This document shows positions 12,889 to 26,690 of a stretch of 64,000 nucleotides of DNA, one piece after another. Numbering within the stretch: the first letter of the stretch is position 1; every line of letters begins with the position of its first letter. The position numbers and the translations under genes were made by a program. The stretch is from Squalus acanthias (taxonomy: Eukaryota). Under the pieces are notes generated by a model. The model worked only from the letters and a program-made list of their open reading frames with translations. It searched no databases and had not been told where the DNA came from. The DNA lies in contig CM059449.1 in NCBI GenBank assembly GCA_030390025.1, forward strand, positions 14,818,001-14,882,000, given 5' to 3'.

Positions 12889-13630
12889 AAACCCAACAGG
12901 AATGCAGAAATGAATAAAGAAAGGTTTCAAAAAAATATATAGATGATTCTGTATTTTGATTGAAGCCTGAAATGCAGCCAAATTAAACTGCAGTGGTCAA
13001 CATTGGGAAGAAATTGGTACAGATAGTTTTGTAATTGAAAAAAGATTGTAACGGTAAATTATTCCAGAAGGCCATTGAATGGAAAAGGTTTATTCAGATT
13101 GACTTGAAGTCTGCTAATGAAATACTGCTGTTGATAATTTATGTATTGTAGCAATATTAGCTTTTGGCCTTTGTTTGTTAACTAAACAATTTTACAGTCG
13201 TGACCACTGTACGTTTGAACTGAGACTGACCCTAAGGCACTGGTAGGTTTTAATCTGAAGTAACCATCTTCTTAATGAGGAATCTTAATTAAGGACGTGC
13301 CATTGCACATTGGTTCATCAGTTTCAAGAAGCTCTAATCAATGACATGGATGCAAAGACAACAGTTAGTCTGAAAAAGGAAAACATCTGAGTAAATATTA
13401 TCGTTTTTAATTCGGGGTTGTGTAGCATGAGGGAATGAACTGCTGCCGAATGGCACAGAGTAAAAGACAAACTTATAATTAATCGTTTCGCTTGTTGAAA
13501 TAGCAATTATATGTAACAAGAGACCAATTATTGACAAGATAATGAACTGTGAAAAGTTATACTGATTTCGTTAGCCCAATAGAAAATAGCATGTTATAAG
13601 GACACCAATTTATTAATTGATGGTGTTGAT

Positions 13631-13757
13631 AAGAACATAAGAACATAAGAAATAGGAGCAGGAGTCGGCCATCCGGCCCCTCGAGCCTGCTCCGCCATTC
13701 AATAGGATCATGGCTGATCTTCTACCTCAACTCCACTTTCCTGCATTATCCCCATAT
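13631..13757 (-). mobile_element. CR1 3'UTR fragment
   Basis: (taagaaca)n tail and 3'UTR stem. Confidence 0.85.
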
Positions 13758-15651
13758 AGGTCAATTAGATTCATCTTATATGGAGTTGCATTTTTGGTAG
13801 AATCATGGTGTTCGGGTGAGAGAAGCATATTAAAAAAGTGACTGTTTGTAATGAGCATTGGAACTAGAAAGAGTTTGATCAAACTAAAATACTGAGCTCA
13901 GAGTTGTATTCCGTTTCAATCCCCATCCACCATGTGTGGTTGTAAGCATTATCTTTTAAGTGTATGTTTAAGTAATTTTACATATACTGTATGCTCAATA
14001 AATCTATGAACGCTTGACCTCGACGACTTAAGAAACTTTTTGATTTTGACGAATCGATTAAAAAAATCTAAGCACAAATAAAACCCATCATCCAACAGGT
14101 ATCATTGTGTTCAAGGACATATGCTCATGCATGCTCATTTGAGGTGTCAGGTACCTGATTGTCAACTCTGCACCGAGGTCCTTGGTCACCTTTATCTGTA
14201 TGAGGTGTAGAGGGGAGGAAAAGTAGAATGTTAGAAAGATCAGTGACCGGGAATCGCCACTCAGCACTTCCAGGCTCGCCCTCTTATGATTCTAACTCAT
14301 GCAGTCTAACATCCAACTGGGTATTATCACACAATTTAAAAAAACACAATTATAATATAGATATTATATCGATATACAAAAAGTAAACTGCTTATATTTA
14401 TAGGCAGTCCGGAGCAAGTGTCGTTTTCAGGTGAAGGGTGTAGAAGGCTGGAGAATATTTGGAGCCAGTTCCTGGAAATATAATTCAGTCGCATTCAGTA
14501 ATGCAATCTGACCATATATACTTTGATTTTATATTAGTACTTATAGTTAAATAGTAAAAATGACTACAATTTGGGAAGCTGAGATGAGCTGATTGGAGTA
14601 CAGGAATTCCCTGTAGTACTGGCGAGGCGCTGCGAGACGCAGAACTGAGGCGTGACCAGGCCACCACTGGTGGAAGCATGTAATTGCAGTGTGACAAGTG
14701 CATAGACCATTCTAAACGTGTGGAAATAGGAGTTTATAATTAGAAAACGTTGACCCAAAAGTGTGACAAATACGTGAAACAGAAAGTAATATTTTTCAAA
14801 TAGAAAGGGTATGCAGAGGTAATATATTAACAAATAGTGGATGAAACCATATGTCCATGTTTATGAAAACAACTGGGAACCTAAACTTGTACCGCTGAAA
14901 TGACACCGTCCCATCAGTGGTGGCGCTGTAACGCCTCAGTTTTGTATCTCCCAGTTCCTCAGACTGTACTTCAGAAATATATATTGTTCAAAATCTTATG
15001 TCTGGTCCATTTATCTCCCCTTTCTAACCCCACTTCAGCTGAAGAGTAAACTTGTTCTTGACTGCCCGTGTGTAACACCGCAGGCAATTAATTAGTAGAA
15101 CAGAATAAATATATATTTTAAAATATTTGAATATATTTGATTTAATATTAGTAAATTATTATTAAGTAAAATAATGGGGGGGGGGTTTCTTGTTGATTGT
15201 TTATAGTGAAATAGCAAACATGTTATATCGCAGGCATGCTTATATTTTCACAATAAATAACTAACAGTCAAAGTCACAATAAAACGGTGGAATGCAAACC
15301 ATTTTTCTTAAATTACGAGAATTACATTTGGGATTGTGAACAGTTACGGTGTTTGTGTAAAGAGTGATAAGCTTCATATATCCTCTTGAATGATTTCACT
15401 TTCCTATTTGAACATATGGGGAAATTAGGAGAATTAAAATGTGGCATCAAGAACAGGGAGAATCTTATCTTCCCTGTGACTGGTCTACCCCTACAGATCC
15501 CAGTGATGAGTCAGATTGGCTGATGAATCATCAACAGTCCCCTGGAGAGTGAAGACCAGCCTGCGCCACATGTAGAAACAATTATCAATTTGTTGTTGAA
15601 GTTTGTCATTAAAATAAGCTACTTGATCCACTGTGTTAACCTTGATAGTCA

Positions 15652-15972
15652 TAGGCACAAGTCAGGAGTGTGATGGAATACTCTCCACTTGCCTGGATGA
15701 GTGCAGCTCCAACAACACTCAAGAAGCTCGACACCATCCAGACAAAGCAGCCCACTTGATTGGCATCCCATCCACCACCTTAAATATTCACGCCCCCCAC
15801 CACCAGCGTACCGTGGCTGCAGTGTGCACCATCTACAAGATGCACTGCAGCAACTCACCAAGGCTCCTTCGGCAGTACCTCCCAAACCCGCAATCTCTTC
15901 CACCTAGAAGGACAAGGGCAGCAGGCGCATGGGAACATCACCACCTCCAAGTTCCACTTCAAGTCACACACC
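15652..15972 (+). mobile_element. LINE RT C-terminal fragment (CR1/L2-clade family distinct from the others)
   Basis: Reads AQVRSVMEYSPLAWMSAAPTTLKKLDTIQ..AAxLIG. Confidence 0.7.
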
Positions 15973-16113
15973 AACCCGAAAGGGTGACAGCGAAGGTGGC
16001 CAAATGCCACACGATTGGCATTTCATTAGAGTAAACACCAATCAGAATGCAGAAGTTGGGTGCAGTAACTTAATTGGGTCATAAGACGTCCAACCAATGC
16101 AGAGAAGTCTTAC

Positions 16114-16170
16114 CAACTTGTCGGTTGCGCCTCCACCATTGAATTTCCAGTTTAAACACTCAAAGCCTCG
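16114..16170 (-). other. Candidate 57-nt internal exon (phase 0-0, RGFECLNWKFNGGGATDKL)
   Basis: Acceptor ttatttctcgtcttatgttcag, donor TTG|gtaaga. Open only in phase 0, which matches the phase of the ITIM exon. No homology recognised. Confidence 0.25.
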
Positions 16171-16496
16171 CTGAACATAAGACGAGAAATAATCAGAGAT
16201 CAACATGAATGGTAAAAGTAGCACCGCTAAGAATCTTTTATAAATTTAAGGGGTAAGCTGATGAAGGCACGGCTGGAGATAGATCGCTCTGCAATAACAC
16301 CTCTTCAATTTAAACCAAGGGTTAAGGTGCATATCAGGTGATCCAGACAGTAGTTCAAACAATGAATCTGAGGAGTGATTCAAGGAATCCGCCCTATCAG
16401 TTATTTCTAAAGTTTGCAAAGCTGTGACCTCAAACATTTCTGGAAGGATGAGCAACAGATAGGAGGAACAGGTAAAACAAATATGACCAGTTCTTG

Positions 16497-16952
16497 TGTC
16501 AGCTGTGGATCAGTGGGTAGCACACTCGCCTCTGCGTCAGAAAGTTGTGGGTTCAAGTCCTACTCCAGGGAATGAAGTGCAAAAATCTAGACTGACACTT
16601 TCAGGGAATGCTGCACTGTTGGAGGTGCTGTCTTTCCAGATGAGCGGTTAAACCGAGGCCCCCTCTACCCTCTCAGGTGGACGTAAAAGATCCCATGGCA
16701 CTGTTTCGAAGAAGAGCAGGAGAATTCTCCCCGGTGCCCTGGCCAATATTTATCCCTCAGCCAACAAATACAAAAACAGATTATCTGTCATTATCACATT
16801 GCTGTTTGTGGGAGCTTGCTGTGCGCAAATTGGCTGCTGCATTTCCCACATTACAACAGTGACTACACTCCAAAAGTACTTCATTGGCTGTAAAGTGCTT
16901 TGAGATGTCCGGTGGTAATGAAAGGCGCTATATAAATGCAAGTCTTTTTCAT
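16497..16952 (+). mobile_element. Full-length Deu-SINE-like element
   Basis: A/B boxes (tggatcagtgg, ggttcaagtcc), core ggtggacgtaaaagatcccatggcact, tail gctatataaatgcaagtc. Confidence 0.85.
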
Positions 16953-18639
16953 TCAAGACTGCTTTTGGACGGGAATTTCCGACAGTTATGAGCGGGGCCT
17001 GGGGGGGAATAACGCCCAGTCAGTGCTGGTCCAACGTGAAACTTCGGAGGTTGGTTTTGTCGCTTAGCAACGTTTGGTGGGCGTCGAGAGCAGCTTAGCC
17101 CTTATTAGCGACGCTGGCAAATCTGACCACTGATACCAACACCACCACTGTAGTTTGTTAGCAACCGATGCAGCACGTAAACTAATGTTTAAAATGGTTA
17201 AAAAAAACACTTTGTTTTAAAATGCAAATAAAACGAATACATTTTCAATTGTTTAGGAAAATGAATTATTTTGCAAACATGCACTGTCAATCCAGAATTC
17301 AGGTCTCCACTCGCCGGCACTGTCTGAAGCAGGGTTTGAATCCTGCACCTTAAACTCAGAAGTAGGAACGGTGGCACTGGGCCAAAGGCTCGCTCCATAT
17401 ATCGCAAGTACCTGAGGTCGATGCACAGAACCTTAGAATTGCGGACTCGTTGACAGAAAGTCACAAATAGCCAATTTGTTTTTATCTCTACATCTCTTCA
17501 GAAGTTAGTTCTAGTTGGTGAGTTCTAAGTTGATAAACATCTGCAGTAATATGTCCACCATATAAAATGTCTACGTTTATTAAACATTTTCCTCTGAAAT
17601 TCATGGGATTTGGGCGTCGCTGTCAAGGCCAGCATTTATTGCCCATCCCTAATTGCCCTTGAGAAGGTGGTGGTGAGCCGCGGTGTACAACTGAGTAGCT
17701 TGCTCGGCCATTTCAGAGTCAACCAGATTGCATTCATAATGAATCATTAAGGAGCTAGTTAGATATCACCATCCAGCAAGTGCAGGGCACACCATGCACA
17801 CAAACTTTATTTTAAAGTGTAATTTGCAGAAGAAACGGTGAAACAATTTAACATGAGGTGGTGCAACGGAATGGAATGCAGACATGTCTGTTAAAATGAT
17901 CGGAACAAATTATATCTTGATGAGAGGTTGGTTTCAACACAACTTTTATTGAATAGAACATTGAGCTCTAAATATACCGTTTCATGTGCTGTATCGCTTC
18001 TGGGAAATCTCACTGCGTTCACATCAACTTTCATAGCATCATTAACTGATCTGACTGCAAGAACCTCAAAACTGTGGAGCTAACCTATCGCCTTGACTCT
18101 TTCCTTCCTCCTACAATGGACCAACATTTGAAGCTCATGCTTGGTTTACATGATCTTCTCGCCGACTGTACAAGCCTACTAGAATGTCGCACTGTAGACA
18201 TTTGGCCTTCCTGTAGATTGCTCAATACAAAAATTGCAAGCATTCTCCATCCTCTGGAGCTGATTAACGTGCAGGTACTTAAGAGTATTACCTCAGTTCA
18301 AAGGCCCCATAGCTGGACAAGGAGCGGCCAGTGTGCCTGTAGAAGAACAACACGTTCATATTGAAATGTAACAGCAACACAAACAAAGTGGACACTTTTT
18401 TTTCTCTGGACGAGAGTCACCGAATAAAGTAAAGATGTTATTATGAAGTAAAGAGATTAACTAGAAAAACTCCCCTGCACAGTCTAAACATACCAAATAT
18501 ATTAGGAGACGAACATTAAACCATTCGATCTAAGTACAGAAATTATGAACGAGGATTTATTTGTCAATGTGATGCACAATAAAGGGAACCTAAAGGTGGT
18601 ATTGGATCAGCTGAAAGGTTAATGGAAAAGAAGATAGTT

Positions 18640-19050
18640 GACAATTGTGATAATAATGGGAAAATTGCTTTTTTTTAGCTATGTTAAGAGTCTGTGGACC
18701 ATCAAAGGCGGCAGAGATGTTAAATGAGTACTTTGCATCAATCTTCACTCTTGAAGACAATGCTCAGCTAACAGCAATAAGTTGTGCTGGTAGCAGTAAA
18801 ATTGTTAATATTAAAATGGATGAGGATAGCGTGGACAGAGTAACGAAGCTTAAAATAGATCGGGCTGCCGGCCCAGATGAAATCCACCCGCAGGTCTTTG
18901 AAGAATTGGGGACCGGTGCGATGCCAGCTCCTTGCCTCCAGCTTTAATAGTTCCTTAGAGTCGGGGACTATTCCCTCAGACTGCAAGGATGCTAATATCG
19001 TTCCAATTTTTTTAAAAAAAGGCTGATAAAGCAGAGCCGGGTAACGAAAC
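18640..19050 (+). mobile_element. Old degenerate CR1 ORF2 fragment
   Basis: AEMLNEYFASIFT...KLKIDRAAGPDEIHP. Confidence 0.75.
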
Positions 19051-19741
19051 GCACGTCAGTATTGACTTCAGTCGGATGCTCGAAGGTATTCTCACGTTCT
19101 GCTGTTGGTGGCGTTCTGCCTTTCAGTAGTTCGTGTTTGGAGACACATTTCCATTTGTAGCTGTAGAATAAGTTACCGGTGGCAATCCACATAATGAAGA
19201 GGTAATCACGGGGCGATGCACTGCACACATGGCGTGTGATAGTGTGGGCGAGCCTCGCATGCAGGTGGGAAGCAGCTTAGCAGAAATAGGTGGGTGTACG
19301 GCCCGCTATTTTCCGTCTAATGCATGGGAAATCGAGGTGAAAGCCGCGTAGAGCCATCGAACACTCCCCCCCACTCACAGGTCTCTATACCGCGAGACAC
19401 GTGGTTTAGCATCAAGTTCTCCTTATTGTACTGTGGTTTATTTTGCACGGGATCCAGCATGCAATACACTCGGATTTTTCACACTCTATTAACTTGGGAC
19501 GTTTTACTATGCTGAATGCTCTATATAGATGTAAGTTGTTGTTACTGCACAGATAATTCTGATTTCCCTACCCGAAATACCGGGGGCTGGATGGTGGAAG
19601 TCTGTGGTAGTGTTTGAACAGTCCTCTTGGGGTTAGTGGAGCCGGAGAATATCGACCTCCTCTCATCAAACCCTTGCAGCCTCCCCGTGGAAATAAAAGC
19701 AATACTTTCAGTGTATCACATACCGGCTACTAATTTCGGGG

Positions 19742-19870
19742 GACAAAAGCAAAACACTGCGGAGGCTGGAAATCTGCAATAAAAACAGAAAATGCTGGAA
19801 ATACTCAGCAGGCCAGGCAGCATCTGTGGAGAGAGAAACAGAGTCAACGTTTCAGGTCGATGACCTTTCG
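19742..19870 (+). mobile_element. Penelope-like terminal repeat fragment; related copies at about 56210-56325 (+), 58843-58895 (-) and 59712-59822 (-)
   Basis: ctggaaatctg.aataaaaacagaaaatgctggaaatactcagcagg.caggcagcatctgtggagagagaaacagag recurs four times; family assigned from memory. Confidence 0.55.
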
Positions 19871-20976
19871 GGGTTATTCCCTCAGTGCTGGTCCTGTTTT
19901 TCCTGTCTGCGGGAAGTATTCAGGAAGCCACGAGCATACAGCTTTCGCCTACCGTGCTGTTGTCCTAAGAGATCACCAAACGCACCATCTTGTTACAGTG
20001 ATATACTTCACTTGTTTTTTTTTAATTGAAAAATCAATACGAAGGGCCAAGGAACGTAATACAGGAAACTTTCAAAGTTCAAAAAAGAGTTGAGAGAACA
20101 ATAACAATCAATAAGTCACGTCAGATGATTCAAAACTTGGGCTCTACCAGATTGTAGGTTGTAGGTGGAAGACAAGACTGGGGGACGTAGTTTGTTCCTG
20201 GGACTGACTTTTGGTCAGCCAACTGTCTAAGGTGCAGAGGTCCACCATCAAGCTGAAGAATCTACTAGCCAAACTAGAGAAATCCACACGATCAGGATTC
20301 TGTTTGCCCATTGAGGAGTGCACACTCTGGAACGCATTCTAATTACCCAAGTCCAACTTGGCAATAGCCAAGGTCTCGGGACCTTCAAGTGTGTGCAGGG
20401 GTGATGCTGTGCTAAGCCATCGGAAATCACACTCAAGCACAGAGCGATGACAAGCTTCTTGCTGACCATCCAACCAGATCCACCTTGTCCATTACTAAGA
20501 TGGTTAGCCGGGTTCCTGGACACAGTCGGTCGAGTCCCAACTCCCAGTGCCAGATCTGTCCCTCCAGCTTGAATGAATGAGCCAGGCTGCCCGCTCGTTC
20601 GTCAATAGTGTCCTGGTGTGCTACAGACCTGCCTGGGCCAGGTTTCGAAAATCGTCTCTGCCACATGCTCGGTTCCAATATTCCTGCGCAATTCATGTCA
20701 CCATGGAGGCACCACGAGGTCACAGAAACCTTCTTCGGAGGAGAATAATCACCATCTGCTCCTGAGAATGAATGAAACAATGTGTGATGGCTCTCGACAG
20801 CAACACAATGGGGGCAATTCTAACCCAATTCGTCCGTCGGGAAACTGACGGGATCGGATGCAACGCTGAGTAGGTCGGATGTCAATTTGTATTGACCTAA
20901 ATATGCATAATTACCATGAACTACGAAGAAAACCTTATATGAGAAATGGCCTAATTAGGCACAAAGCTTATAGTTT

Positions 20977-21605
20977 AGAGGACTGGAGTATAAAAGTAGG
21001 GAAGTCCTGTTACAACTGTACAGGGCGTTGGTGAGACCACACCTGGAGTACTGCGTACAGTTTTGGTCTCCTTATTTAAGGAAGGATATACTTGCATTGG
21101 AGGCAGTTCAGAGAAGGTTCACGAGGTTGATTCCGGAGATGAAGGGGTTGTCTTATGAAGAAAGGTTGAGCAGGTTGGGCCTATACTCATTGGAGTTTAG
21201 AAGAATGAGAGGGGTTCTTTTTGAAACATATAAGGTTCTGAAGGGGCTTGACAGGGTAGATGCAGAGAGGATGTTTCCCCTCGTGGGGGAATCTAGAACT
21301 AGGGGGCATAATTTCAGAATAAGGGGACACCCATTTAAATCGGAAATGAGGAGGAATTTCTTCTCTCAGAGGGTCGTGAATCTTTGGAATTCTCTTCCCC
21401 AGAGAGCTGTGGAGGCTGGGTCATTGAATATATTTAAGGTGGAGATAGACAGATTTTTGAACGATAAGGGAGTCAAGGGTTATGGGGAGCGGGCAGGGAA
21501 GTGGAGTTGAGGCCAAGATCAGATCAGCCATGATCTTATTGAATGGCGGAGCAGGCTCGAGGGGCCAAATGACCTACTCCTGCTCCTATGTCATATGTTC
21601 TAATG
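20977..21605 (+). mobile_element. CR1 3' end
   Basis: ORF 21028-21510 plus 3'UTR. Confidence 0.92.
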
Positions 21606-22209
21606 AATGCAGGTTTTAAGGGGTGTATAGAGAACAATGAAATGAAAATAAAACGGGCATTCATTATTTAGGTTTAATTGGATTTTAAGATATTTATGAC
21701 AATTAACAAATCATACTGTGTAAAAGTGCTTGCTACTTTTACTTCCATCCAGACGTGCTTGGAAATAGTATTGAGTTGCATCTAAACTTGGACTCTTATC
21801 AAATCGCTAGACTTTCTTCACTCCATGTCACACTTTTTCGTACTTAGGTTGCACATCATGTTTTAATATGTAGATCCCCGAATTAACAGTGGATTGAAAT
21901 ACTTAGCCAAATTGGCAATAGCCACTCTATGGGAATAAAACCTCCCTTACGTTTATCCTTTCGGCCACTTTTGCTTCCTGTTTCCGCTCTGCCTCCCAGA
22001 CTTTCTCAAGCCCCACACACTCCAGTTCCTGCTCTACCCTTTCCCGCTAGATCCCAGCTTGTTCTTATCAGACTCACGACCGCCATGAGACATACCATCG
22101 ACTACTCAGAGTCCCTCTACCACCAACTCAACTGCCTCCTTTCAATGTAGTCCTGCCTCTCCTCAGGCATTGTACCTCTCTCAAAAAACTGTCCCCGTCA
22201 TCCTCTTTC

Positions 22210-24217
22210 ACAAAAAGCCCTCTGGATGACGAAAGAGATAGAGAATATGATGAAGCAGAAAAAGAGCACGTATGACAGATGTCAGGTTGCAAATACAGCT
22301 GAGAATCAGGCTATATATCGAAAGGTCAGAGGAGAAGTGAAAAAGGAAATAAGAGGGGCAAAGAGAGGGTATGAGAATAGAATGGCAGCCAACATAAAAG
22401 GTAATCCAGAAGTCTTCTATAGGCATATAAATAGTAAAAGGGTAGTAAGAGGAGGGGTGGGGCCGATTAGAGACCAAAAAGGAGACCTACGCATGGAGGC
22501 AGAAGGTGTGGCTGAGGAACAAAACGAGTACTTTGCATCTGTCTCCACCAAGTAAGAGGATACTGCCATAGACATAGTGAAAGAGGAGGTAGTGGAGACA
22601 CTTGATAGGATAAAAATTGATAAAAAGGAGGTATTAGAAAGGCTGGCTGCACTTAAAGTAGATACATCACCAGGAGCGGATGGGATGCTATCTTGGATGC
22701 TGAGGGAATTGAGGGAGGAAATCGCGGAGGTACTGGCCATAATATTCTAATCCTCCTTGGATACAGAGGTGGTGCCAGAGAACTGGAGAATTGCAAATGT
22801 TACACCGTTGTTCAAAAAAGGGTGTAACGATAAACCCAGCAACTACAGGCCAGTCAGTTTGACCTCGGTAGTGGGGAAGCTTTTAGAAACAGTAATCGGG
22901 ACAAAATTAACAGTCACTTGGACAAGTATGGATTAATTAAGGAAAGCCAGCACGGATTTGTTAAAGGCAAATCGTGTTTAACTAACTTGATTGAGTTCTT
23001 TGATGAGGTAACAGAAAGGGTTGATGAGGGTGATGCGGTTGACGTAGTGTACATGGATTTCCAAAAGGCGTTCGACAAAGTGCCACATAATAGGCTTGCC
23101 AGCAAAGTTGAAGCCCATGGAATAAAAGGGATAGTGGCCCCATGGATACGGAATTGGCTAAGTGATAGGAAACAGAGAGTAGTGGTGAATGGTTGTTTTT
23201 CAGACTGGAGGAAGGTGTACAGTGGTGTTCCCCAGGGGTCGGTTCTAGGACCACTGCTTTTCTTGATATATATTAATGACTTGGACGTGGGTGTACAGGG
23301 CATAATTTCAAAATTTGCAGATGACACAAAACTTGGAAGTATAGTGAACAGTGAGGAGGAGAGTGATAGACTTCAGGAAGACATAGACAGGCTGGTGAAA
23401 TGGGAGATGTGGCAGATGAAATTTAATGCAGAAAAGTGTGAAGTGATACATTTTGGTAGAAAGAATGAGGAGAGAACATATAAACTAAATGGTACAATCC
23501 TGAAGGGTGTGCACGAAGAGAGAGACCTGGGGATATGTGTGCACAAATCGTTGAAGGTGGCAGGGCAGGTTGAGAAAGCAGTTAAAAAGGCTTACGGGAT
23601 CATGGGCTTCATAAATAGAGGTATAGAGTACAAAAGTGTGGAAATTATGATGAACCTGCATAAAACACTGGTTTGGCCCCAACTGGAGTACTGTGTCCAA
23701 TTCTGGGCACCAAACTTTAGGAAGGATGTGAAAGCCTTAGAGAGGGTGCATAAAAGATTTACGAGAATGGTTCCAGGAATGAGGGACTTCAGTCACGTTG
23801 ATAGACTGGAGAAGCTAGGGTTGTTCTCCTTGGAGCAGAGAAGGTTGAGAGGAGATTTGATAGAGATGTTCAAAATCATGAGGGGTCTGGACAGGGTAGA
23901 TAGAGAGAAACTGTTCCCATTGGCAGAAGGGTCGAGAACCAGAGGACACAGATTTAAGGTGATTGGCAAAAGAACCAAAGGCGACGTAAGAAAAAACTTC
24001 TTTACGCAGCGAGTGGTTAGGATCTGCAATGCACTGCCTGAAAGGGTGGTGGAGGCAGATTCAATCACGGCTTTCAAAAGGGAGTTGGATAAGTACCTGA
24101 AGGAAAAAAAATTGCAGGGCTACGGGGAGTGGGACTAGCTGAAGTGCTCTTGCAGAGAAGGCACAGGCTCGACGGGCCGAATGGCCTTCCTCCGTGCTAT
24201 AACCATTCTATGATTCT
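22210..24217 (+). mobile_element. CR1 LINE, 2 kb, inserted in an old L2 fragment (about 21950-22209 and 24290-24500)
   Basis: 406-aa RT ORF 22918-24138 and (attctatg)n tail; flanks show degenerate L2 RT sequence (TxLVKVTxDI). Confidence 0.93.
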
Positions 24218-24714
24218 AAGCCCAACTTGGATGTTTCTATCCGCTTCAGATATGCATCTAACTCTAAAGTTCTCATCCTGTCTAAGGTATCTAGACGCAT
24301 CTGAACACCTAACTCTCTAACCACCCCGTTTGCATCACTCATTCTGTCCTGCCCACACCACCAAGACTACCCTGGTGAAGGTCACCAGTGATATCCCATT
24401 GTGATTGTAGTCATGGTGCGATATCCTTCATCATCTGCAGCGATCAACATAGTTGATCATTATTTCGCCCATTGCCTCTCATCTGTGATTCACCCCTGCG
24501 GCACTGTCTATCTTAGTAACACTCCCAATGTAACGGTACTGATTCTCCAATATCCTTTCCTCCTGTTTCCCTATGGTCACCCCCAGCGAGTGGCAAATTT
24601 GGCAAAGGTCCATATTTTATTGGCTTCTTGTCCTCACGTGCATGCTAATACTCCATGACACCACCCACAAACATAGAGCCAACTTTCACATGCATTCTGA
24701 TGAGACCCAACGTT

Positions 24715-24937
24715 AATTCTCTACCCCAGAGGGCTGTGGAGGCTCAGTCGTTGAGTATATTCAAGACAGAGATCGATAGATTTTTGGATATTAAGGGAAT
24801 CAAGGGATATGGGGATAGTTCAGGAAAGTGGAGATGAGGTAGAAGATCAGCCAAGATCTTATTGAATGGCAGAGCAGGCTCGAAGGGCCAAATGGCCGAC
24901 TCCTGCTCCTATTTCTTATGTTCTTATGTTCTTATGT
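24715..24937 (+). mobile_element. CR1 3' end
   Basis: NSLPQRAVEAQSL..., 3'UTR and (ttcttatg)3 tail. Confidence 0.9.
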
Positions 24938-26144
24938 AATTACCCGCACTGCATGGCCATCCCATGCTGTCAGATGTACCTATTGGGCAACAAGTCCTGG
25001 ATGCCCCGGAACCCTCTGTAACTCAACATCAGCAAGATTGAAGCCACCCTGTTCGACCTCCACCAGAAAGTTGGCGCCCCGGGTTCTGGTCCTCTTTCCT
25101 GACTGTTCACGTGCCCCGAACCTCCAGGTGGGTAACTATGCAAAGCAAAGGAGATGTAACGTGAGATAACGCATCAAGGTCACAGTCACATAGGATATCA
25201 TTGGTAACGTTGAACCGAGCTGAACTCGAAACCCCACCTTACGTTCATGGGACTTAGGGGAGGGAGCACTACTTTGCACCTGACAGCGATTAGCTGGCAG
25301 GGTCGGTTATGATATTTAATGCACCCACCACCTCTCCCCCCTCAAATTAATACACCTTATAAATGGCACTGCTGCTTATCTCTAATGACGCCAGTGTTTT
25401 CCAGAGCGCTTCATTCACCCCCAACTCCGGCATCAATGACTATCGATATGATAATCTAATTCTTTGAAATCTATGAGATACTTTGTTTTGCGTTAATATT
25501 CCACAACAAAGGAAAACATCAATGATCAAACTTAAAACTGCTGTACAACGAACCTTAGTCATCACTCCAATTGAACAAATGCTGCGAATTCCTGAAATAT
25601 AATTGATGCAACATAATTAGTATTATGCAGCTTCATACAGTCTTGCTATGCAGTTGATTTCCCCCCTCCCTTTGTTTCCTTCTCGTTTTCTTTCAGGTTC
25701 TTGCTGGAATATACTTGCATGGACATCTCTCCAGTACCTAATCCAGACCATCATGCTTCTTGTATGAGGTCAGACAGTGAGGGAGAGTTAAGGCAGAGCC
25801 ATCATTTTTCTGCCCCAGTAGCTGGACTTATCGAACCCCCTGGGCTCGGACAAACCGCAGTTGGAGGCGGGGTGGGAGGGAGGGGAATGAGGCTCCACTT
25901 CGAACATGGGCGCCTCTACGCGCAATTTTCCTTTACTCTCTATGCCTAGGCGATCCAATAGTCCAAGGCACAAGAACAGGGACATCAGTCCATATATTTC
26001 GTTCCAGCAATTTAAAATCACCCAGGTTATAAAATCAGTGACTGATTTATTTGTGAAACAGTGTTTGTACTCTGCCTTCTCTTTGCTTTTATTGTTATCT
26101 TTGCAGTATTTCCGAGTTTTGTAATGTGATCTCTTATATGCTAG

Positions 26145-26548
26145 TCATAGAATCATTCAGGACAGAATGAGGCCATTCGGCCCATCGTGCCAGTGCCAGC
26201 TCTTTGACAGAGCTATCCAATTAATCCCACTCCCCGGCTCTTTGCTCACAGCCCTGCAATTTTTTCTTTCCAAGTATATATTGAATTCCCTTTTGAAAGT
26301 TACTGTTGAATCTGCTTTCACCACCCTTTCAGGCACTGCATTCCAGGTCGTAACAATTCGCTGAGAACAGAACAATCTTCTCACCTCCCCTGGCTTTTTT
26401 TTTGGCCAATTATCTTAAATCTGTGTCCTTTAGTTACCGACCCTCTAGCCAGTGGAAACAATTTCTCCCTATTAACTCTATCAAAAACCTTCATAATTTT
26501 GAACACCTCTATTAAATCTCCCTGTAACTTTCTTTGCTCCAAGGAGAT
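26145..26548 (-). mobile_element. CR1 3' end
   Basis: ORF 26157-26384 (QRIVTTWNAVPERVV). Confidence 0.85.
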
Positions 26549-26667
26549 TACTAATTAATTAATTACTAATGATCTCTAAGGAGATTATTAATCAATGAAC
26601 AAAAATCCTCCAGAAAACGATTAGAATGTCCCCTTAACTTTGGGTGTATGCATGCAGTGAGGACTAA

Positions 26668-26690
26668 TCAGAAAGGAAAATCTATGCAAG
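26668..26690 (-). CDS. Candidate terminal coding exon giving a short cytoplasmic tail (ACIDFPF*)
   Basis: T-rich acceptor tttttatttgttattttatattttag about 0.8 kb after the TM donor; phase-1 reading G|CT TGC ATA GAT TTT CCT TTC TGA. Minus-strand AATAAA at 26088-26093 and 26046-26051. Confidence 0.5.

Noticed and set aside
20248-20848. Overlapping ORFs of 60-115 aa as a gene
   Set aside because: No recognisable domain or splice structure; probably decayed TE sequence, left unassigned.
22918-24138. Functional host reverse transcriptase gene
   Set aside because: It is part of a 5'-truncated CR1 with upstream stops and frameshifts.
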